From Azolla caroliniana (taxonomy: Eukaryota; Plantae; Polypodiophyta), in the NCBI GenBank assembly GCA_043228905.1, contig JBHGNT010000007.1:558001-622000 (forward strand): a DNA stretch of 64,000 bases, given 5' to 3'. Each line of letters opens with the position of its first letter. Position 1 is the first letter of the stretch. Of this stretch, positions 50,701 to 64,000 are shown in pieces. Made by a program: the position numbers and the translations under genes. The notes below the pieces were generated by a model. That model was not told where the DNA came from, searched no databases, and saw only the letters and a list, made by a program, of their open reading frames with translations.

Positions 50701-52510
50701 CTCCTTGTGGTAGGGTACACATCCGCACTAGGCCGAGGGGAGTCCACATCGTCGTAATGTCTTTGCTCTCCACGGCTAGTTGGAACTAATCGTACCCCGA
50801 GTACAGATCACCGACAGAGTAAATTGACCTTCGGGCGAAGGCCTCCGCGAACTCGTCTATGGTCGGTCTGATTCCTGCGTTTCGAATGGTCACCTTGTTG
50901 ACTGGTTGCAGGTCTTGAATAAAACATAACGTGTCGTTCTTCTTTGGCACGGTAAACCACCGATTCGAGTATGGGGCACTCGACGGTTCGAGGATGCCCA
51001 TCTCGACCTTCTGTTTCAACAGCTCCATCAGCTTCGGGATATGAGCTCTGGGTACCGAAATCGGTTTGAGGTTCCACGGCACATGCGGTACCGTGAAGAT
51101 CACCATCGGTTCCACAACTATCGAGTCTACGCACTCGATCTCCTCCGGTGAGAATGCGAAAGCCTTCCCGTGCCTCCCGAGCATTCTCAAAAACCGGTCC
51201 TCTTCCGTCGGCAGTAGAAAGCCACCCCCACCGATCTTGAGCTCTCGTGGAGTTATATCGGTGAACGTGTGTCCTATGCTGGCTGGATCTTGCAAACTCG
51301 GGTCCGATGCACCCCCCTTTACTCGTAACTCGCTGCCCTCTGGCAAGGGTGTCGTTACTAGCCTCACCTTCCGGTCCACAGTCTTGTACTTTGTGTCCAC
51401 CCGGGCCGTCCGATCCGACTCGAGCCCGTTACAGAAGTCGGCGATGACTTCGTACATTCCTTCCAAACATACCGGAATCGTCAGGTCCTCTTTAAGGCCT
51501 CCTCCGACCACCTCTCGTAACTGTCCCAAGGTGTCGTCGAAAGAGACCGCCTCCACGGCTCCATTGATTTCCTCTCCAAGGCCGAGGATTCTGCATGCCC
51601 AAAGTCGCTCCTCCGCCCTCTTCTTCTCCCGGCCAACGACGCCAACAATCACACAACCCCCGCTGTCGAAGAACCAAAATTTCCTACCTATGGTACATGT
51701 GTGGGGTTCTTCCGGTACGTCCGGACTACCGCGGCCCCACGCCCTGATAGCCCTCTCTAAAAATCCCCTCGGCTACCGCCGTCGAGGGTCTCGCAATTCC
51801 TCTCATGGTTCAGACGTACGGTCATGAATTGGACGGAATGCCGACTGTCCTGGCTCTTGACACGCGCGTACACCGAACCGTTGTCCAGCACTTTCGTCTC
51901 CATGCGTGCTGTCGTAATGTATGGCTCGCCGAGAATCACCGAGTGCGAGGATGTTTCTTGCATGAAGAAATGTTGATCTATCTTGACGTCACCGACCTTT
52001 ACGCGTATATTCCGGCACGCACCATGCAACTCCTCCGTAGCACGTGTCGCTGCCCATATTTTCCAGCTGTGTTTGGTGTTGATCAGCCATTTCCCCTTTT
52101 TGTAGAAGTCCATGGACATCAAGTTGATTTCTGAACCGTGGTCCACCAACCCCACCACCGGCTCCTAGACATCTCCGATCTGAATAGGGGTCTCCGTGGT
52201 CGCTCTGGCCCAGTGCGGCCTCGAATAGTGGCTCTCCGCCAACTCGTCTTCTAGCGCCATGTCCTCTATGTGCGTCGTTCGCACTTCCACCGGCTTCTCC
52301 AGCTCTGGCTTTGTCGACAGCCTCTTCCTCTTCACCAAGTCTACGATGGAGTCGTGGAACTCCTTCTTGGCGATCCCGAGCACTTCCCTCAACGACAGCT
52401 CCACTTTGCTGTCGAGGATACGTTCCTCCAAGACCTTTCGCAGGTCCGTGGTCCTTTCGATTTCCGTGCTCAACCGGTACCCGGCCTTCTTGGCTTTATC
52501 CGGTGCGCCA
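47497..52510 (-). mobile_element. Ty3/Gypsy element (non-chromovirus; PQG/FLDD RT type), 5'-truncated; 3' LTR 47497-48212
   Basis: Domain order PR (LVDHGSEIN), RT (LPQGGTNSVA, PFLDDI), RH (VDTSP, ADMLSR), INT (GHRG, CESCQ, YNPEANGKVER). GC-rich, with the PPT at 48213. Confidence 0.92.
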
Positions 52511-52571
52511 TATTTATGATGACATATTTATGATGACATTAATGTTGATGTACACACTATTTGTGGTCTAG

Positions 52572-53348
52572 GATGGCGCGAATTTTCGGTATGCAACCGA
52601 CTATTCCTATTGTCTTTGGGATCCAACTCCGGCAGCCGTCCTTGGGATTGTTGGATGTATCTTTATGGTTGGCGCACAAATCATTACCATTTTCTGTCTT
52701 ATCCTCTCATGTTATGTAATTTTCATACATGCCCAGACTCCAATCTCCCTTCTCTCTCACCTCCCTAGAGTGAGAAATGGTCTAACTCAAAAACAAGTCT
52801 AAGAGAAGGATAATTTCACGGACAACAATTTTACATTTATAACATAGAAGTCCTTTTTAAATCATGAAGATGCACACACATGGATAGTTACATTTTTCTC
52901 CTTGAACAATCGCATTGAGCCACGTTGGATATGTCGTCCACAACACAAGGACTAAAATGACAATGTTGTCCAAAGAGTCATACTACCCAATTTTTCTTAT
53001 ATATGTTTATTATGTCTTGTCCTTGCTATTTTTGTTCGTTGGTGGGGTCAACAACTCGGGGCCGGTGCACATGTGGTTGGATGTCTACAATGATGGTACC
53101 ATTGTTTGCTACGGGCCAGCAAATGGTCGTTCATTGCAAGTGGTGTGTTGAGCCTTTTTGCCATGGGGACCGCCATTTGCTTCTACATCATTGCCACCTC
53201 CAATGACCCCCCCACCAATAATTACTTATTTGAACAAAACAATAATTTCACCATTCAAATGCACAATGTCAACGGCATCCAGGACGCCGCCACCGTACCC
53301 GCCCCAGGCAATTACGAAGCCGGTGTCCCAAGCCCGGGCTACTACTGA
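52572..53348 (+). pseudogene. A-type DUF1218-like pseudogene (exons 2-3 only)
   Basis: Exon 2 (52572-52711) lacks the GGGCVCCC loop and its donor is GT>TT. The exon 3 acceptor is deleted. There is a frameshift near 53110 and the tail ends AGVPSPGYY. Confidence 0.85.
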
Positions 53349-54574
53349 AAGTCAAGGATTGTACACTCAAATCACTTGAACCTTGTATTATACAGATTTT
53401 TCAATAATATTCCGTCGAAATCCTTGTACCATATTGCAAAGAAAGGAATGGCTACATTGACACCTCTTGACTGCTATTGCTCGCATTTCTAGTGAAACAT
53501 GGCCTCAAGAAGCCACTACTTTGACACAAAAGCTAATTCTAACAATAAGGTTTTGAGAAGCCTACTTCTCCACAAAACTTATCGTAAACCCTTGTTACAT
53601 TCGCTACAACCTAATTTGAATTCTCGGCGTTGTCGTAAATGACATACTTTTGTAATATTAGCTCACATGCCTAAACCCTGGGACATAAAAGAGAGAAATG
53701 GATTAAAACAACATTTCAACCGAAAAGGAGACAGTTTCAATTGGTTAAAGCTCTTAAAATTCGCCTTGATACTCATGAATAGCCAATTTTTTATGAATAT
53801 ATAGCTTAAAAGGATGGACTTCCCAAACCATTTCATCAATATCATAATTAAAAGATATGTGAAAAAATCATTTGAATTGTTTCAATATGTGACATGAAAG
53901 CTATCAAAACATTGTGGGACATGGTATATCAATTCTCATTCTCCATTTTTCTCCTCCTAATGCAAGGGAGGTATGTTACCATAGGACCTAGTATACTGAG
54001 ACTTCAGTTTACTTGCCTTACCATAAATCTTTTAACTTGTTATGATGTGTAAATCACTCTTGTAACACCACTTAATTTGTTGATATGCTCTCCATCTTGC
54101 ATAACATTGAGTATGAACCCATCACATTACTCTCCTTGAATACAATTACCAATATAATAGCCAACTATAGAGGTGGCTTGCACAAAAACAGCTCTGTTAT
54201 CAAGATCTAATTGTACCAAGGGGAGCGAGTACCAACTTTAGTTGACATTTTTGAACTTGGAAGTCATACTTTTTGTAAAGGGAAACCATTTATAAGAATT
54301 TTGGGTGTACATTGTACTAAATGCGTAAGGAATATGAATATCATATAATTGAAGTCACTTTACTTGAATTTATAAATATAGTCGCATATTTATACATATA
54401 TATATCCTAGGGTTCCATATTTGAACCATAAACTTTAAGAGGGTTGGACTTTTGTAATTGTGCTAGCCTTTATTGGTTGTAGTTCTCCGTCATACTTTTA
54501 TTATTATAGAGTTCATGTGCATAAGTGGGTATGATTGAAAATATTTTTTTGTGCAACAAGTGATAACTAGTTAT

Positions 54575-55919
54575 ATGGCTTCCAACAAGGTGATGCTTGG
54601 CATTGTATGTGGACTAGGTGTGCTTGCTTTCATATGCGGCATTGCCGGATCCTTTTCTGGAGTCAAGGTACCATTATATAATTTCATTATGATCACAACA
54701 TGTGTAATTTAATCATACATGTACATATTGCATTTGGTTTCTTAACATATACTGTGCACTTAATCATTCCACCTTGCATTCTGATACACATTAATGTGCT
54801 TTCTATCTTTTTTTCATCACGTAAATACTCCATCTCCATACTGTCATACCACGATCATACACTCAATCATTACCATTACCAGATTTTATTTCATACATCA
54901 ATTGATAATAGAATGTGAATTGGTCCGACGAGCAATGCTCGATGATGTACATGTTTCACATCCCCACCTCTGAAATAGTAAATTGTCATGATATATATAA
55001 AAGACATGGGTGAAAATGGATCATATGAGTATTTCCTAACTACCAACCTATTGGTATGTTGGTGACATTGATATCAGCTTGACAAACACAATTGGGATGG
55101 TGCATGGTACAGGATGGCCATTATATCTTCTCATATGCCCCAGACTATTCCTATTGTAGATGGCAATCCACCCCTGCGACCGGGCTTGGGATTGTGGGGT
55201 CCTTTGTAATTCTTGCGGCACAAGCAATTAGCAATATCGGAGGAGGCTGTGCATGTTGTTGTGTCAAGCAAACTCTTCCTCCAAGCTCTCGAACCACGGC
55301 AATTTTGTGTCTCGTTATGTCATGGTATGTTCGATGCATTACCCCCTTCTCCAAAGTATGAATGCTAACCTTGACTAGAAAGAAAGATGTATTAGACTCA
55401 TAGAAAATTAATGAGAAAGGGCAGCCATAAAGCAAGGATTATTCATGAAAGCTTAATGTTTGCCAAACATTTCATAAAGAGCCGACTATCCCATGGTTCA
55501 TACCCAATTAATCGCTACATTAAGCAAGGAACATAAAAAATAAATCGTGCGGAATGGCAAACATTTTCGGCACATAAATCGTGCGGAATGCCATTTAATT
55601 CCTCTAAGATCAAGTAATATCACTAAACATAACAGGGCCTAACCAAACCAACATGAGGGGATCATTGTCATCGCATTGAATAGTTCGATCATGGATGCCA
55701 AAATATCAGTTTGTACAAATGAATCATTGTGTTCCCCATTGACCACAAGATGCCAATTGACAAGAAAACAATACGCATTGGTTGCCATGAGGTGACCCGA
55801 GGATGAGTCATTTAGTGAATCGGAACACTAACATGGTCTATAACTACTAACAACATGCCACCAAGAAGACGAAACATTTGTCATGCCACGACAAAGACAA
55901 AGGAACCATAAAGGGGAGA

Positions 55920-55952
<33 letters not shown>

Positions 55953-56979
55953 TGTATGTATATATATGTACATATGTGTGTGTGTGTGTGTGTGTGTGGG
56001 CCACCATATACTATTGCAATATGTAATATTCAACTGCACATTTGTGTGCTACATTCTTTTGGTGTACAAATGTGAGTCATGATGAAACATAAAGTCAGTC
56101 CAAACCCAGCATCTTTTCTCTCAAAGCACAAATCCAAGTAGGGTTGCAACCTTATCCATAGCTGCCTTGATTGTCAATGGAATCTATGGCATATACATAT
56201 ACATATACATTGACTTTGGGATCATGATAGCCTGAAATGGCCACGCGGCATTTTGATTTGTGATATACAAGTTTCCTACAATATGTGCAATCAATGAGTT
56301 GCAAATTAGGCATGCACTGTAGGTTAACATGTCTAAAGTCTCAATCAAAATAAAGGTTTCTAATTAATGAAATCAATATGGGGCTTTGAAAAGAACTAGA
56401 CAGAACATTAAACCACTGCTTTGTGTATACTTTGCCCTAACCAAGAGATTAAAGATGATCAGGAGCATTGATCACCACATTCCTCTATGTCTGCATGACA
56501 TGCCTCTATCTCTCTCTCTCTCTCAAGGTCTTCATTCTTAGAATATAGAGAGGCTTCTTGAGACATGAACACCCCACAAAACATTGACTCTATTTATAGG
56601 TGTTTTTAACTTTTGAATTATGTAAATGTTGATGATCTGGTGATAACATATTAAATATTATTGATGTAGGATTCTTACAACATTGGCTTCCATATTTTTG
56701 TTAATGGGTGGGATGTACAACTCGGGAGCAACGAACATGCGGTTGGATGTTTACATGGAAGGGACTTTGACATGTTACTATCCCCCCACATGGCCGCTCA
56801 TTATGGGCGGCATGTTGAGCCTTTTCGCGACGTGCACCACGACTTGCTTCTACATCGTCTCTAACCCTATTGTAGTCATACAATATAATGTTCGCACCCA
56901 AATACCTGCCTCATGTGTCCCCCCTCCCATCAATCAAGTAGATGTCCCTACCCCTAGCTATAATTGTGATCAACATTAG
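54575..56979 (+). CDS. DUF1218-like protein, copy B. Exons 54575-54667, 55113-55324, 56670-56979; 204 aa
   Basis: Same intron phases as A1/A2, GT-AG introns and an open frame. GGGCACCC motif present; diverged C-terminal tail. Confidence 0.85.
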
Positions 56980-57603
56980 TCATAATGCAGTCTTTTTTTT
57001 CACACATCTTAATTGAATTCATTTATTTTTAAAAACAATGCAGCACATGATTGATGGTTTCATGTGTTTGTTTGGAGGATAAGTTTTCCAAGAGTCACAT
57101 TTGAGTCATAACTATGATTGTACAATGGAAACCCATGTTCGAAAGTGGCTCTAGAATCTCGGAATATTTTGTGACAAAAATTGTGAAAACTAGCATTCCC
57201 AAATCTTTGATGTAGCCCCTTTATCGAAAGTGTATCCCAAACTTGCACTTTTTAAACCTCAACGTCCTTGTTCATACTGAGTCACAAAGCACTAGACAAA
57301 TAGATTTTATAACCATTGAACCCGACCCAAAAGGGGCATTTTGAGGGTCAACTCAAGCCTAAGCTTTGCAAGAACTATATGTATATAGTTTTTTTTTTAA
57401 TTTGTTTTCTCTATTTATTTTTATGTTTTTGTTTATAATAATTAAAAGGAAAAACATCCTTCAAATTATGAGGGAATGTATACTTTTCTCTTTGTCTTTC
57501 CTTAGATTCATGGTCTCAATACGCTCTACATGGATGCATACATGGGCAAGACCACATAGAAACAATCAATCTCTTAATACGTAATTTGAGGCTCTATTTA
57601 CGT

Positions 57604-57699
57604 AATGAGAATGGAAAATGGGAAGGACAAACAAATGTGTATCATTTGTAAGGGAAATTGATACTCATTTGTTTCTCCTTCCCATTTTCCATTTTCATT
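57604..57699. repeat. Near-perfect inverted repeat (41-bp arms, 14-nt loop)
   Basis: aatgagaatggaaaatgggaaggacaaacaaatgtgtatca matches the reverse complement of 57659-57699 with 3 mismatches. Confidence 0.85.
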
Positions 57700-59343
57700 G
57701 GTACGTCCAAAAGTGTAAGTTGCCTTGGTGTAAATATCTATGGGAGACGGGTTAAAGAGGTACCTAGTTTCGACTTGAGGAGGCGATCAAGACATAAAGA
57801 AAGCTTGACATCATGGAGATAGAGTGATACTAGATATGATGGACAACATTGCCCTATGTAATATCGATGAACTTACGACCTACTCTCTTTGACCATATTC
57901 ACAATGCCATACTATTAAATTGACCTATGTTTGATTTGTTGTTTGAGTTCTCATGTAGGGGGATTTCGGACCCATCCTTGAGCACCGGGGTAGTCCTTTT
58001 TGAGTTTCTTGGATATCACAACTCCAAATTCCGCAATTGTTAAGAGTTCTGAAATACTCCCTCATGTCTTTCCAATGAAATCATATGACATGCTCCTCTT
58101 TAACCTTTAGCCGCTCAATAAAATGGCATTCATTGTAAGGCCCATTTTTTAATCCAAAGTTTACTTAGTAATAAACCATCAAGATCCTTGCACATGTCAT
58201 CCTACTCATTTAATTCTTGGTACTCAACCTCGAAACGTCATTGGAGGCCTAGTCTCTCTTTTAATCTCCATATTCACACAACTATACATTCACCCCTAAA
58301 TCCGATTAAGACCCTAGTGCATCAAGTGTCATGAGTCTATGTTGGCAAGCACCCCATGGCTTTAACTAGAACAATTGTATAATATCTAGCGTGTTAGAAG
58401 GTGTGTAAGTTTAGATAGTAAGGATTGTGGAAGCAATATCTTTGAATAGAACAAATGTGTAATATCTAGCATGGAAGAGACAAGCACAAAATGGCTTTAG
58501 CCACAATAGTTGTATAATACATCTAGCATGGAAGAGGATGAGACATTCTGAAGGTAAGTGTGTAAGGGTTGTCATGACAATATCTTAGGTTGAGTTACAT
58601 TATGGATAAGATACCTTATATATGATGTTTTATGGAAAACTATACCATGATATGCTGAAATTAAAACTAATCTATGTACTGTCCCATAACAACAAAAGCA
58701 ACACAATCTATTCGCATCAAAATCATTTTTTGTATTATTATTCAAACCCCTCTTTAAAATTGGATAAGATTAGAAACCCTAGAGGAGTCCTTGTCTCTTT
58801 GTTAGAATTTCAAGCTTTGTACGTAATAAAAATGTTGCCAAATATCTTCAAAAGGTCATTCAAGAGACCTCTAACTAACTATTGCCAAATAGATGAATAC
58901 TGCTTGACTGAATATTCCATTTTCCTCATTCAAAACACTCGACAGCAATATGACTATCAAATAGAAAATGTTGCCTACATCAAACAAACACTAAGATAAG
59001 CGTACAAATCTCATTGCTAGTTGATGTCATATACATAACCTACAACAGCTCTCGTGAACTGGTCCACCCATGTTTGTACATTGTATGTAGGAATCAGCAA
59101 CAGTTCAGTTTTGGGATTACAGGGTTAGCCTAGTTCATAGTACAGTTTAATTATAACCAACCAAGTACAGTTTAATTTCGTTTGATTCACAGCCTAGTTC
59201 TGTACACCTATTTGGCTACTACTTGATCTCTAGTTCATTTTGCTTAAAACATATACCAATCATTCCAGAAAATTCACATGACAGCTCAGTTCTGCATATC
59301 TAATCGAGTACAATTACTATATAATCATTCAATCAAAGTGTAC

Positions 59344-59690
59344 GTAAAATTTTGGTATTTTAGCAAAACTTCTGCATTCTGTAAGATTTCACAAGCATAT
59401 GGTTTCCTACATCACTTACACCCGCCTTTTTCAGGGCTAAGATAACATTTGAAGTGCCAGTAAACTATTGGTATTTTAGCAAAACTTCTGCATTCTGTAA
59501 AATTTCACAAGCATATGGTTTCCTAGATCACTTTCACCCGCCTTTTTCAGGACTAAGATAACATTTGAAGTGCCAGTAAAATTTTGTAATTTAGCAAAAC
59601 TTCTGCATTCTGTAAGATTTCACAAGGATATGGTTTCCTAAATCACTTTCACCCACCTTTTTCAAGACCAAGATAACATTTGAAGTGCCA
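59344..59690. repeat. Three-copy ~116-bp tandem repeat
   Basis: ttagcaaaacttctgcattctgtaa...aagataacatttgaagtgcca occurs three times. Confidence 0.92.
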
Positions 59691-59967
59691 ACAATCAAAA
59701 CTATGTGACACTGTATACAGCATAAAATAAATCATGAATTGAAGTTAAAGCAGCTATAAAGTAAAACATATTATGTCAAAAACCAAAGAAGAGGTTAAAA
59801 GCCTTGAGAAAGGTCATTTACTAACCATCGCATATCAAGAATCTTAAAAGTGAATCTATGTTTCCATTTATATCGCATTACATTTACAGAGGGAGTTGGT
59901 TATATACAGCATTTACAAAGACAAAAGACTTGGAATGGACCTCTGCACTGAGCATAAGTCTAAGATT

Positions 59968-63878
<3,911 letters not shown>

Positions 63879-64000
63879 TCATTTTATAGATAGCCGTATT
63901 TCTTCTTGTTTTTGCTTTTTGCTTTTTGCGTTTTGCTTTTTGGCTTCCCTTTCTAATTGTTTGTATGGATCCACACGTTCCTTTTCACTTGGTCTCTCAA

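Larger units (their letters stand above)
23330..54965 (+). repeat. Second, older tandem duplication (A+B gene pair): 23330-26190 vs 52530-54965
   Basis: Colinear exon, intron and intergenic homology, for example aaaccct(a/g)ggacataaaa at about 24914 and 53674, and gtacatgtttcacatcc at about 26184 and 54947. Confidence 0.85.

Noticed and set aside
48244-52571. Many long plus-strand ORFs
   Set aside because: They are antisense shadows of the GC-rich Gypsy pol.
25818-53348. A single intact gene with a 26-kb intron
   Set aside because: Exon 1 is B-type and exons 2-3 are A-type. The latter have a lost donor, a deleted acceptor and a frameshift.
58622-58999. 125-aa ORF
   Set aside because: AT-rich, with no domain or splice support; probably spurious.
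59344-59690. CRISPR-like array
   Set aside because: Whole units repeat with no unique spacers, the context is eukaryotic and there are no cas genes.

Overview
Eukaryotic land-plant nuclear DNA with spliceosomal introns, TTTAGGG motifs and one 100-N scaffold gap. The TE families look fern-like or otherwise non-seed-plant, which is an inference. The window starts with an intronless SCARECROW-clade GRAS gene (587-2422). It ends with a 12-exon phytepsin-type aspartic protease on the minus strand (59968-63818). Between them lies a tandem array of 3-exon, 4-TM DUF1218-like genes: three intact copies plus two complementary broken remnants. Two TE nests interrupt the array. The first is about 11.6 kb (9246-20847; Copia, LINEs, a solo LTR). 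The second is about 26 kb (26230-52510; four nested Copia elements, one Gypsy, a solo LTR and a hAT MITE, most with readable TSDs, PBS or PPT). The most notable observations are: an intron-containing, pseudogenised XRN 5'-3' exoribonuclease fragment lodged antisense inside a Copia gag; tRNA-like Pol III A/B-box modules at matching positions in two related Gypsy solo LTRs; a deletion that fused two duplicated gene units; a head-to-head telomeric-repeat insert; a 41-bp-arm hairpin; and a likely GC-AG intron. All calls come from reading the sequence by eye; no database searches were run.
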